Below are positions 39,801 through 52,090 of a DNA stretch of 64,000 bases, one piece after another (position 1 is the stretch's first letter; each line of letters opens with the position of its first letter). The stretch lies in assembly GCA_043228905.1 (NCBI GenBank), contig JBHGNT010000018.1, positions 7,068,001 through 7,132,000 of the forward strand. Direction: 5' to 3'. The notes below the pieces were generated by a model. That model ran no database searches. It saw only the letters and a program-made list of their open reading frames with translations, and had not been told where the DNA came from. Source of the stretch: Azolla caroliniana. Taxonomy: Eukaryota; Plantae; Polypodiophyta. Both the position numbers and the translations under genes were made by a program.

Positions 39801-41706
39801 AGACTGGAATTGCAGCAAGAGTTTATGAACACAATTAAGATTAGCTAAACCTCTTTATCAAATAAAAACTACTGTTTTTTTATCGGAAAATTAAGAAACT
39901 ACTGGATAGTGTGGCCGTAAAAACCTTCATCAAAGCAACAGTTTGTGCAAGAATTTACACATGATCTTGAAAAGATCAATATGAGCTAAAAAGCTTTATC
40001 AAAGTGCGGGCATGTCAAAGATAGTCTGAAAAGTCTCATCAAATTTGAAAAAGGTTTTGTCATTCTTATAACAAATTGTCTACATGATATTGATATAAAC
40101 TGAAAAACTTCATGAAATCAGAAAAAGTCTTCTCATTTGTATAAAAAATCACACAGGAAAAAAAGATGGATGGAAAAATTTCTTCAAGGTGAATATGAAC
40201 TAAAAGCCTTCAAAGAAAACACCTGCCGACTTCTTAAACAAACTTAGACAGACTCTTGATCAAAAGACCATGGAAGTTCTTGGGATTCATGACCTCATGA
40301 AGACCTTCATCGAAGCAAAAGCTTTTATTCGTGCAAGAATTTACACAGGCCTTGATTCTTGATCAAAATACGGTGATGAACTAAACCACATCAAAGAAAA
40401 AGGTCCATTATTCATAGAAAGAATTCCCCCAGGGTTCTTGATCAAAATATCAAGATGAACCAGTTAAAAACTTCATTAAACCAGAAAAGGCCTGACATCG
40501 GTGTAAGCAATCAAACAGAACAATATCAAGATGAAGTTATTAAAACCTTCATCAAATTAGAAAAGGTTTGTTCGAGTGAAGAAATTAACACACAGAAACG
40601 GTAGCAAGAAAACTGGAAAGTCCATCAAACCAGAAAATATCTGGTCATTCCATGTGAGAAGGACAGGTCAAGGTAAACTGAAGGGCTGCATGAAACCAAG
40701 ACGTCTGCATTTTTGAGTTTATGAACTGGTTGAAACTTTTACCAAATTAGCAAAGTTCTGTTATTCATGAAAGAAATTACACAGAAAATGATAACGATGA
40801 GCAGGAAATTTTATAATGAATTGGAAAAGGTCTGTCATTTTGAGTAACAATATTCAACAAAACATCTTCCAACTCAAAAAAGTTGTGTCCCTCACGCAAG
40901 CAATTATGGATGATGTTAGGGAGCAAGATGAACTGAAAATTTTATCAAAGAAAAAGTCTAAGAATTTCCGAACGATGACCTAGAAATCTTCATCAAATTA
41001 GAGAAAGGTTGGTCATTTGTGCAAGAATTTACACAGAAAACATAACTGTGAACTTGTTAAAACATTCATCATTTAGAAAAGTATCTGCGATTTGCGCAGG
41101 GATTTACATGTGAAAGATCAAGATCAACTGAAAATTATAATTGGATAGACATTCTGTCAATGCAAGAATAATGTACACAGGCTCTTGATCAATAAGAGAA
41201 GATGAATTGGTTTTAAAAACCAAAAGCCACCAAAGTAGAAAAGGTCTGTCATTTGTGTAGGATTGTACACAGAATCTGTTGATGTTGATCAAAATATGGA
41301 AGTGACTCGTGATCTGAATAATCTAAGCAGGCAAATGTCTGCAGCTTTGGTGATCAAGAATGAGTGTTTGTTTTGTTTGTTTGTTTGTTTTGTTTTGTTT
41401 TGTTTTGTTTTGTTTTGTTTTCCCACAGGAATTCTTTAAAAACATAGATATAAGATGTAACCTGGGAGTAGCTGTTGACGAACTGCTCTCTGTTGCCGAC
41501 GCCACCACGTGAAGAAGCATCTTCCTGGAAGCTGCGCCATTTGTGATTCGTCCATGACGAGGAAGGGGAAAGGATCGTTCTTTCAAGGGGTAAGGGTAAG
41601 AGGCGGGGGCGGGGGTGGGGGGGATAGGCAGAGGGAAGGGATGATGGATGAGAGCAGGGTTAAGGTGAGAGGAAGAGCAGATGGAAGCACAGAAGGTCGT
41701 CGCCAT
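36827..41706 (-). CDS. PPD3: PsbP domain-containing protein 3, chloroplast thylakoid lumen. Exons: 41706-41462, 39527-39421, 39320-39264, 38463-38383, 37660-37578, 37475-37400, 37232-37114, 36980-36936, 36853-36827
   Basis: All intron phases join into one open frame: transit peptide, twin-Arg TRRK..AFPSFA, ITGVGADYTSLSSFGTVDAFAENL, LDRSWKKPPG, GFYYIEY, NGWYNRLYTVTGQ, AITSFKFA*. Confidence 0.93.
39528..41340. repeat. Diverged tandem repeat (about 60-80 bp unit) filling intron 1 of PPD3
   Basis: Recurring GATGAACTnAAAACCTTCATCAAAnnAGAAAAGGTCTGTCATTTGTGCAAGAATTTACACAG-like units. Confidence 0.75.
41366..41421. repeat. (TTTG)n/(TTTTG)n microsatellite
   Basis: Directly visible. Confidence 0.95.
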
Positions 41707-41900
41707 GGATGGAAGGTGCAGGCAGGGAGGAGCTTTACTATCCATCCATCCATCCATCCATCCCATGTACATACATATGTCTCTTCTCTGCCTGCGATCG
41801 ATCAGAAACAGGCTACCGCCGCCATGCCATCTCCACCACCCATTTCCCTCTCTCTCTGTCACGCCTGCTGCTTTTCCTTTGCTTTCTTCTATCTATGGCT

Positions 41901-42032
41901 GGGATGGAATGGGATGGGATGGGATGGCATGGCATGGCATGGCATGGCATGGCATGGCATGGCATGGCATGGCATGGCATGGCATGGCATGGCATGGCAT
42001 GGGATGGGATGGCATGGCATGGCATGGGATGG
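41901..42032. repeat. (ATGGC/ATGGG)n pentanucleotide microsatellite upstream of PPD3
   Basis: About 25 tandem pentamers. Confidence 0.95.
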
Positions 42033-42752
42033 AAGAACTCACCCACCCACCATACATACGAATGGCGCCCATCCAAGCTTACCCCGGCCGCCGCCTACCC
42101 GCACCAAAAACCCATTCCCAACCATTGCCATAAAACCCCAGCATACCCCCCCACGAGACATGGGCTAAAGCTCGAACGCCGACTAAACTCTCTTCTTCTT
42201 CTTTTCTATCGTACAATTAGCTTACCCTAGTCAGCCTCGTAAGTTGGCGATGCAAAACTCTATTACTTCATAGATGTATCTCTTAATTCTTTCATTCACT
42301 AGATGCCGCCACTGTGGAATGTAATGTACACGAGGCTTGAACCCCATGACCTCCTCATCTCTCCATTGGGCAACCTTACATTACCTTACCAGTTAAGCTA
42401 CATCCATCTGAGCGGTACTAAATCTCTCAAACTCTTCTCGTCGGAAGGCCTTTCCAAATCAACGATCCAAAGGAACCCAACCCACCCACCCACCACGCAT
42501 GCCCAACGTTTCTGAACTTCCCGAATCATATCATCACATGCCAACTACTAGCAAGACACACACAGACAAAACAAAAAAAGAATTTGAATCCAATGTTGCT
42601 GTACCACCACATTTTGTTTCAAAAAGAAGAAGAAAGCAAACACATTGTCGCGATGTGGCATGTAGACAACAAGAAAAGCGCCGAAATGTGAAGCTTTACA
42701 ATAGGTCGGTGTTTTCGTCAAGCTCCCTCCCAAACAGTGGTTCGATTCTACC

Positions 42753-42784
<32 letters not shown>

Positions 42785-43369
42785 AAAACGTATTGTAATC
42801 TATGAAAGTTGTAGCTGCCCCAATGATTTTAATCTATACCTATTTCAAGATAGTTGCAAATCATGTGCTTGTTATGTTTTTAAACAATTATTAGGGAACC
42901 ATTTCAGAATGCTCCAAGATCAAAAAAATTGCGAGAACTCATTTCACTTCACTCAATGAATTTTAGGATGGCTATACCCTAAGTTGATGGGTGTCCTGAA
43001 GTGGTGTGTGTAGAGTTATATCATAGGTTATGGTTATGGTCAAAGAAGGAACCAGAAGGACTCCAGAGTAGATGAGGGGAGAGTTAAACAGATGAATAAA
43101 GATAATTGAAAATTAGTCAGAGCTAATTTCTAGAATAGCAAGGTGTAGGGTTTGAATCTCATAAGGGAAAAAAGGGGAGAAATATAATTTTCAATATGCA
43201 AGGTATATGGACGGGGTATGAAGTAAAAATAAAAAATGGAGATACTATTTGCGATAGTCAAGTGTGAGGTTGGTGCTATAAAGAAGAATTTACCATTTTG
43301 GCTTAGGGCCCTTTTGAAACCAATAAAAGGAGAAGGAGGGCTCAATATTGCAAAATGGAAGGGGATGCA

Positions 43370-45922
43370 TATTCCTCGGATACGGCAATGATGGTGTGGG
43401 ATCTGGTCGACAAGAAGGTGTTCCGGAGTCGGGACATAGTCTTCATGGAAGACAGGACCATTACCGACTGGGAGTCAGAGAAGAAGGTGATGAACTCCAG
43501 ATCATCCAATGAAAACTGTCTTGAGGACACAAGGACTTACCCGGTTGAAAACCGGATGTTAGTCGGTAACCGGATGACACTCGACGAACCGACCGGATTC
43601 GGACAAGAAACTGAACCGACCGAAGAAGAAGAAGAAGAAGACATCGGAATCGGACAAGATCCCGAATCGGATTCGGATGAAGAACAAATGGAGGAACTGG
43701 TAGTCAGAAACCAAGGACGAAGATACCCTCTCAAAGAGAGAAGAGCCCCCCAGAGATTTTTGCATGCATGTATTGCTGACCGATGAGGGGGAGCCGAAAA
43801 GCTTCGAAGAAGCAAAGAAAGACACCCACAACCGCAAGTGGTTGAGTGCCATGCAGGACAAGATGGATTCCCTGCATGAGAACCACACATACGAACTAAC
43901 AGAGTTGCCGAAAGGAAAGAGGGCACTCTGGAACAAGTGGGTGTACAAGCTGAAACCGGGAGATGCCGAAAATCCACCAAGGTACAAAGCCCGAATCGTG
44001 GTGCAGGGGTTCCAGTAGAAGAACGGAGTGGATTTCAATGAGATATTAGCCCCAGTAGTAAAGATGACATCCATCAGGACAGTATTGAGCATAACGACAA
44101 GCATGGACCTCGAGGTAGAGCAACTGGACGTCAAGACAACATTCCTACATGGCGACCTCGAAGAAGAGATATACATGCATCAACCGGAAGGATTTGAGAG
44201 GAAAGGGAAGGAGCACATGGTATGCCGGCTAAAGAAGAGCTTATACGGATTGAAGCAAGCCCCCTAGCAATGGTATCGGAAGTTTGATTCCCTCATGATG
44301 GATCAAGGGTACCACAAGCCGCAAGCCGATCACTACGTGTTTGTGAAGAAATTTGATAGAGTAGATTTCCTGATATTGCTTCTGTACGTGGACGACATGT
44401 TTATCGTCGGACGAGACCAAGTCAAGATATGAATGCTGAAGAAGGCCCTAAACCAGACTTTCTCAATGAAAGATTTGGGTCAGGCAAGACAGATATTAGG
44501 GATGCACATAATCCAAGACCAGTCGGAGAAGTTGTTGTGGTTGTCAAAGGAGAAGTACGTGACAAAGGTGCTTCAAAGGTTCAACATGTCGGAGGTGAAA
44601 CCGGTCAGATCGACACTTCTGGCAAGTTGTCTGGAAAGCATAGCTCTAAGACAAAGGCAGAGAATTCGGATATGACGAAGATACCATTTACCTCTACCGT
44701 CGGAAGCTTAATGTACACAATGGTGTGCACCTGGCCAGGAAGAGAGCACTGGAATGCAGTCAAGTGGATACTCCGGTATCTGAAAGGCACCTCGAGTATG
44801 TGCCTCCGATTTGGCTCCGGTAAACCCCAACTTGACGGATTCACGGATTTGGATATGTCGGCTGATGCGGATACCAATCGGTCTACATCCGGATATGTCA
44901 TGACTTATGCAGGGGAAGTTGTATCATGGCAATCGAGGCAGCAGAAGTCCGTTGCACTGTCGACAACGGAAGCGGAGTACACGGCAGTTGTGGAAGCCGG
45001 CAAGGAGATAATCTAGATGAAGGACTTCATTGGAGAGCTAGGGATCCGGCAAGAGGAATTCTGGCTTTACTGCAACATTGAAAGTGCCATCCACCTTGCG
45101 AAGAATGCGGCCTACCATTCTCGGACCAAGTACATCCAGAGGAGATATCACTGGCTCCGGGAGAAGGTAGAAGATCAAGACTTCATGCTGACAAAGATCC
45201 ACACTAAGGAGAACGGATCGGATATGCTCACCAAGGTGCTTTCAACCGACAAGCTGGACGCATGTCGTAAACGGATCGGATTAACGAGAAATCCCACGCC
45301 GGAGTGAAGGGGGAGTTTGTTGGGAATTCGGTCCCTCCGGATGGGATCCAGATGAGAATCGGAGTAACCGGATCGGAGTTTCCGAATGAGAACCGGAGTA
45401 ACCGGATCGGAGTTTCTGGATGAGAACCGAAGGAGCCGGATGAAGAAGCCAGATTCGGAAGGGTTCCGAATAAGATCCGGAAAACGGAACCAGTGAATCC
45501 GGATGGATTCAGTGCGAACCGGATCCAAGGACATATATTGTAAATATGTTAGAGTAAGCCCACTGACACTATATTTGTAAATAGCCTAAAAGTCATATAA
45601 GTATAAATATGATTTAGGGCAATCACTTTACTGTGAGTTGTAGAGGGTTGTTGTTATTATTGTTATATATATATATAGAGAGAGAGTAGTTACGAGCACT
45701 TTCTATTGTAATTGTCGTTTGGCGAAGATCGTGAGCACGAGGTCGTTGCCTTTGTGTTTCCACTTTGTATTTCCTCTCATATTGTGATAGTTCGGAGTCT
45801 GTGGGCTCTCGTGGTTTTTCCCGATTAGGGTTTTCCACGTAAACATCATGTGTTCTCTATCGTTGATTTGTGTACGTGTATTCGTCATACTTATTTCCCA
45901 TTTCTGTGTTTGGTCCTTCATA
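43370..45922 (+). mobile_element. 5'-truncated Copia element J (Tnt1/Tork-like): integrase tail, RT, RNase H, PPT, 3' LTR from 45318
   Basis: RSRDIVFME, EPKSFEEA, YKARIVVQGF, QLDVKTTFLHG, VALSTTEAEY motifs; PPT GAAGGGGGAG then TGTTGG. LTR 3' end approximate. Confidence 0.9.
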
Positions 45923-46357
45923 GAGTGATTTGAGACTCATTTGTGGCCGAGCAATACTTCCGCGCTAGTTCCTATCATAATGTCCTTCCAGCAGATTATA
46001 AACGCCCTGCTCCCATCCCTCCCCCTACGACACCTGATCTAAACCTGGACCCTACACATGAGGGAGCAGAAGGATTCATGGGGCGTCCTATTTATGAAGG
46101 AGAGATGATGACACCCACTACAAACATGCTCTTTTCTCCGATGCCATACACTCCTAAAATAGGAATGGTGTCCACTCTTGGACTTGGACAAACACCACCT
46201 ATATCTACCCCATACTATAGCACCCCAAAAGATCAGGGAAATTATGGTCAATATGATCCCAGACGAATAACAAAAGATGGAGTTGGAAGACCTTCACTCT
46301 TTATGCTTGGGCCATTTATGTATCCTCAGGAATCACCCTTGATTGATATGAATGTTG

Positions 46358-46645
46358 TGTTAGGATTGTGACCGGCCACAACCCATTGTACTCTCCAATA
46401 TTCAGATGCAAAGAATCGAGATAGACAATACACAGACAGAAAACAAGAAGGCAGAAAAACAAATATAGAGACACCAGATGTTCTAACGTGGAATACCCTA
46501 AAGGGAAAAACCATGGGTGTCCACAAACTTCGAGAAACAGAATCACTATAATGAGGGAGGAATACAAGGAGACTCGGAGGCAACTACCTCGAGCTCGTCT
46601 TCATCGAATGACAACTGCAGAGTTACTCACACTCTTACACACACA

Positions 46646-46683
<38 letters not shown>

Positions 46684-46751
46684 CTAGTTACAAATGGGGT
46701 ACTTCATCAATCCGACTCTCTATCGGCACACGTTTAGCTTCTCTACTAACA
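46358..46751 (-). repeat. Probable Copia solo LTR
   Basis: TGTTAG..CTAACA termini; contains GGGTATTCCACGT, similar to the J LTR motif; no TSD found. Confidence 0.55.
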
Positions 46752-49700
46752 ACACCTTCGTCAGTATATCCAATCCATTCTCAACCGTGTGGATCTTCAT
46801 CAGAGCAAACTCTTTTTCTTCTACTCACTCTTGCAGCCAATGATATCTCCTCTAGATGTGTTTGGTCCTCGAGTGGTAGGCAACATTTTTCGCAAGGTGG
46901 ATGACACTCTGGCTATCGCAATGGACTCAGAATTCCTCTTGTCAAATTCCCAATTCTCCTATGAACTCCTTGTTACCCGTAAGAATATATGGGGAGGCAT
47001 AAGGGTATGTGTAATGATGTGGTTGATGTGTATGTGTAAAGTAAATGAGTGTGTGAGGATGAGTATGTGTATGGACACATGCACAATTATGTGCATGTGT
47101 ACAAGAATGTGTAACGGTCTTATTTATAACGGTCATGTAACCGTTACATTGGATGTATTATATAAACCCCCTGTGGGGTATGTAATGAGATATACATTTT
47201 TCCCCTCTCATTTTGGTGTCTTTGTGTATTTGTGTTTCTCTCTAGCTCTCTATTCATCGTAACCCCCTTAGGAGGGGGGTGAATGTTATCGGCCAGCAAA
47301 GAAGGCTAAAGGAGGTCCAAACTAGAGTGTGAAAGGAATAGTTATTCGGGAACTGTTGGAATTAGTAGTCTTAATATATACATATTATTATGTGGACGGA
47401 TGGACCGGAATCGGTATGCCGATCCGGATCCGGAACAATTCCATAAAGGTGCTGTTTGGCACCGTTTTGTATTTCGCACCGAAGACCTATATAAAGGCCC
47501 AGTTACAATGTAATCAGTAGCGGATAATTAATAAAGCTTATGGTCTTAATCTTCAAGTGTTGATTACCGTTCTGTAATTATTGTCATATCTTAAGCGTGT
47601 TAATTAAGGATGGCTAAGTAATCGATTAAGGTCTAATTAAGCGTTGTGTCGTAGGTCATTCTGCCGTACCACCCTTTTGTGACGTGTCTTGAGTGGACAC
47701 CCTATGTTAGGCTGTTGTCCGGCCCTAGCCATAACACAGTTTTTGGCGACCACGATTCTTGCATTATCGCAGTGAACAGCGGCAGGAATGGATGACTAGG
47801 CCAACAGACGACCCGGTTACGGAGAGAGCACGAAGACTTGCTGAACGGAGACGGCGGCGAGAGGCTTTTCAGCAAGCAGCGGAAGAAATCCGAACGGATC
47901 GATCATTTTCCAAAGTGATCCGGAAAGTGGCGGAGGAGTCGCTTCGGCTGCAACAAAACGCTTACCCGGACGAAGGAAGCAACTTAAGCAGCCTCTGGGA
48001 AGCGGAAACCCTTCTCCAGGCCTTGGTTGGAAGAGAAGGCAAATCCGAAGCATTCTCAGCACTGGAATCGGATTCAGAAGGGGGTTACAACGCGCATACG
48101 AACTATCGCAGCAGTAACGACACCCCAGGAGGACCGGAGGACGAGGAGTTGGATACTTTACCGACACCGGAACCAGAGTTGGCAGACCAAGAACTTCCGG
48201 CACTCGTCGGGGAGCAACCTCCGGAGACGGAAGTACACCGACAAAAACCTCCAACACCGGAAGTCGAGCCGGCAACACCAAAGGAAAACCAGCAAAGACC
48301 TCAGACGCCGGCGGAACAACAAGGAAGACTACCAACACCGCCAGAACGCGTACTGACACCGGACGACGATATGTTGTTCCAATACTCCAAGTATCGGGAT
48401 GACCCGGACGCGGAGGCTCATGTTCACGCATTTGAACAAACATAGGAAGCAAACCATGTGTCACAACGGTTAACCGTGGCAGAAGAAGAACGATCTAAGA
48501 TAGCCGAATTCGGCGTGACATTAGAAGGACCGGCCGCCAGATGGCACCGGACGCGGGATCGCAGCACCATCACCACCTTTGCGGACCTGAAAGATAAATT
48601 CTTGCACTTCTTCTAGAAGGAGGTGGATCAGCGAGAAATGGTGGGCTTATTTTACACAATTCGGCAGGACCCCGGCGAGAGCATCCCACAGTTTGTCATC
48701 CGGTTTCAATGGATGCAGAATCAGCTTACCCGCGCACCTCCGGAGGAAGAAACGCGGGCTATATTTTTAGCCGCGCTCCGAGAACCTCTACGAACGGTAT
48801 GCACGGTCATCGACTTTCGCACAAGCACCATCGACCAGGTCATCGACCGGGTTTGAGAAATGGAGAAAACGAGCTCTTGGCTAACAATGGGAGCCCTCCA
48901 ACGAGCATTACCAACCGATGAGGATCTCCGTTTCCGGCAAGCAATCCAATGCACGACTTGCTTGAATTCCGAACACTCGTCACTGGAGTGCACCATGAGG
49001 ACACACTGCTTACTCTCCCAATCTACGAGCCACACGATGGACCGGTGCGAATATAACTTATTGAATCGGCAAGCTCCACCAGTCCGGCAAATCGAGCCAC
49101 GTAGCAGCCGAGACGAAGAAGACGAACGCTGGCGACGAGAGGAGCGATATCGACCGGCACAAGATGTCCGGTACGACAATCGGCGAGACAACTACGACCG
49201 GTACAAGAGATACGACAAGTACCGAGAATACAATGGACGGTACGAGCATCACAACCGGTGTCGCGAAGATTCGCGCGTGCGTGTGCTACTCGAGCGACCA
49301 CCGGGGTCTTGGACTGGGGAGGATGTTCGCGGAATTATCGAAGAGATGACGATCAATGTAAGATTAGACGGAATTTGTTCACTTGAGAAGAAGAAAGCTT
49401 GTACACTTGAGAAGTAGAAAATAATGAAGAAGATAAAGACAAATATAATTATATTGATGATAATGGTGTTGGTGATATCACATATTGAGCCCCCCTTACA
49501 CAAGCCCAACTAGAGGCTTTTATAGGTCTTTCCATGCTCGTGACATGCACAAAACCATGGGCTAAAACCATGGTTTTGTGCACACGGTTTTGCTTATGTC
49601 ATGCACAAACCATGGGTTTAAAACCATGGTTTTGTGCACATGGTTTTCTATGGTTGTTTTGTCTATAATTTGTATATGAAAAGGAAATACATAAAATCTA

Positions 49701-50208
49701 CACTATATGATAGTTGTCCTAGTGGTAAGGCAATTATCTTGTATCTTAGAGGTGCAAGGTTCAATCCTTGCTTGCACCCCTCTGTATGAACTCAAGTGCC
49801 ACTAGGCTAGGTTTATTTGCTAAGTGCATGTGCAATGTTGCACATCCTTGGTTTATTCGTCTCACTCGGTTTCACACCGTAGCCGAAAATCGTCACGACA
49901 TCCACCCCCACCAAACCCGCACATCCTCCGGTATGTGCCGAGAAAGGTGAAGAGGTGAGATCTTTGGCAACGGTGATCAACCGAGTTCCTCTGCACGCTC
50001 GTCGACTTCGTCTTCCACTTCGAGTATGTGCAATCTTTCCAACCGAACCACCGTAGCCACCCGATCCACCATATCCGGCGCTCACACCTTCTTCCCCGAT
50101 CGGTTGTAGTAGATCTACCGAACGATGTCGTCGATACAACCGCTCTTCCTTCGTCCACCGCACGTGTCCTTCGATTGGACTCCTGGCCACTCCTCACGCT
50201 CACCGTCT

Positions 50209-52050
50209 TCAACTGGGTATTGTAGATCGTTCGTGTCGGTCTCCACCGATCGCTTCTTGGCTTGGTTGGCCTTCGTCTGCATTCACATTTCCCCGAGTCG
50301 GGCTCGACCGATTGATTCTGGCTGGGTCGGCCCCCTTTTGGATCGGAATCGTCCGATCGATTTTCGCCGAATCAGGTTTCGGCCGGGTCGGCCCCGGTCG
50401 ATCGGCTCCCATGTGGATCTTCCTTCGTTCGGGTCGGAATCCCGGCCGGATCGTCTTCCGGTTCAACCGGTTCTCGACTCTTCCTTCCTTCCCGCATGCA
50501 ACCTCTCCATCGAACTCAACCGCAGCTTCATCCTTGGCCTCCACGTCGGCCATATCCTTCCCTCCATGTATGCTCGCCGCGAGCCATATTGTCTCCTCTT
50601 CGCCACCTCCTTTATCTTCGGTCTTATGCCGACACACGGTCTCGACTGCCGAAGTCTCCGGAACCGGTGTGAAGGAATCCATTCGCTCATGCACATTTAC
50701 CTTGTCTTCTTCATCGCCCTTCCGGTCGTCCTCTTTTTTGTCCACACATTCCGTCTCTCCGGTCTCACGTTGGCACACGTGCACAACCGCCGAAGTCTCT
50801 AGATTAGGTGTGGGGATATCCTTTCTTCCTCGATCTTCTTCCTCCTTGTGTTGGGCCTTCGTCTTCTCGTCACCACCTTCCGTCTCTCCGGTCTCACGTT
50901 GGCACATGGGTGCAACCGCCAAAGTCTCTGGAACAAGCGTGAAGAAAGTGTCGACATGGCTATCCGTCGTCGACTCATCCATAGCCACCTCCGACTCGAT
51001 GTCGTTTGTCATGGCTACCTCCTCAATCACGTTAGACTCAAACACTTTATCTCCCTCGATCATGCAAGATTTTCTAATGCTTGCGCCTTCATCACCCGAT
51101 GTTTCGTACACAATGCATGTTCCGAAACATTTATCCTCCCTCGAAGTGGCGTTCGCCGTCCTCGAGTCATCGGCCTCCTCCTTCGCCGTCGTTTCTTTGT
51201 AAGACAAGAAGGTGACTTGTTTCACACCTTCTCTCTCGGTACCGTCATACTGACCCAGAGCCTTTGTATCGGCCACTTCATTAACCCGCATTTGTTGGGA
51301 GGTCTCTTCTTCCTCGATCACCATTCGCCTCGGTTTTGTCTCCCTTTTAAGCTTCATTTCTTTTGTTGGTGGCGCGTTGTTGCATCTCGTCCCTCTTCGA
51401 TCGTCCCTCATGGGCCGTCTTGTTGTAGCCGATATTCTCGCTTGCCCCTTATCGTGTAGTCGGCATACACTTTCCACTTTGCTCCAATCCTCGATGAGGC
51501 CATTTGCACCATCATCTTCTTCGAGTTTGAGGCCGATCGCCATCCTTTCCATTCGATCGATTGACTTCACGAACATAAGGACCTTATCGACCCCCACCAA
51601 TCTTTGTTCCCGCTCCGACAATTGAGAAAAATGATGCTCGAAGTCTACGAATGCTTGTGTCGCGCCTTGGTGGGTCTTCGCTGATGTCACCCATTGGTCG
51701 AAGTTGCGTCGATCTTGTCCCTTTAGTCTCTCATAGTCATATTCCTCCAATAGAGCCTTCTCGAAAGTCGCCCACGAATCATGAGCTTCTAGAAGCTCTT
51801 TTACAACTTTGAAGATCGGTTGAGACACCACCCGACAAAAGTACTCTAGCCTCATAGCTTTGTCCACACCTCTTGAATCCATCTCCGCATTGTAGACTTT
51901 TAGGAAACTTTGGACTTCGGCGCCGTTGAAATAGCTCACTCGCTCGACTACCCTGTCGACGGCTTGTTGGGCTTCATTTCTTCTTTTCCCTTCTCTCAGA
52001 AACTCCATCATCCTTCTTGACATTGCCTCCATGAGATATTCGCCATCCAT
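50209..52050 (-). CDS. 613-aa Gag-like protein with a long acidic low-complexity tail; no pol
   Basis: Uninterrupted ORF starting about 20 nt after the PBS; FNGAEVQSFLKVY..DSWATFEKALLEEY resembles Gypsy capsid N-termini; homolog in H. Confidence 0.75.
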   Translation of the reverse strand: MDGEYLMEAMSRRMMEFLREGKRRNEAQQAVDRVVERVSYFNGAEVQSFLKVYNAEMDSRGVDKAMRLEYFCRVVSQPIFKVVKELLEAHDSWATFEKALLEEYDYERLKGQDRRNFDQWVTSAKTHQGATQAFVDFEHHFSQLSEREQRLVGVDKVLMFVKSIDRMERMAIGLKLEEDDGANGLIEDWSKVESVCRLHDKGQARISATTRRPMRDDRRGTRCNNAPPTKEMKLKRETKPRRMVIEEEETSQQMRVNEVADTKALGQYDGTEREGVKQVTFLSYKETTAKEEADDSRTANATSREDKCFGTCIVYETSGDEGASIRKSCMIEGDKVFESNVIEEVAMTNDIESEVAMDESTTDSHVDTFFTLVPETLAVAPMCQRETGETEGGDEKTKAQHKEEEDRGRKDIPTPNLETSAVVHVCQRETGETECVDKKEDDRKGDEEDKVNVHERMDSFTPVPETSAVETVCRHKTEDKGGGEEETIWLAASIHGGKDMADVEAKDEAAVEFDGEVACGKEGRVENRLNRKTIRPGFRPERRKIHMGADRPGPTRPKPDSAKIDRTIPIQKGADPARINRSSPTRGNVNADEGQPSQEAIGGDRHERSTIPS

Positions 52051-52072
52051 CTTCGACCTCCCCTGCTGCTCT

Positions 52073-52090
52073 TCACGTCGGGTTCACCAA
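52073..52090 (-). promoter_or_regulatory. PBS complementary to tRNA-Trp
   Basis: TGGTGAACCCGACGTGAA is the 18-nt complement of the recalled plant tRNA-Trp 3' end (..TTCACGTCGGGTTCA-CCA). Confidence 0.85.

Noticed and set aside
41509-42230. ORFs with MAWHG/HAMPC repeats
   Set aside because: Translation artefacts of the (ATGGC)n microsatellite and of the strand opposite PPD3 exon 1.
45943-46371. 142-aa Pro-rich ORF between LTRs
   Set aside because: GTG start, no domain, cut by a solo-LTR-like sequence; likely a TE relic.
50125-51625. Long plus-strand ORFs (225, 296 and 203 aa) in element I
   Set aside because: Antisense shadows of the biased-composition 613-aa ORF; no recognisable domains.
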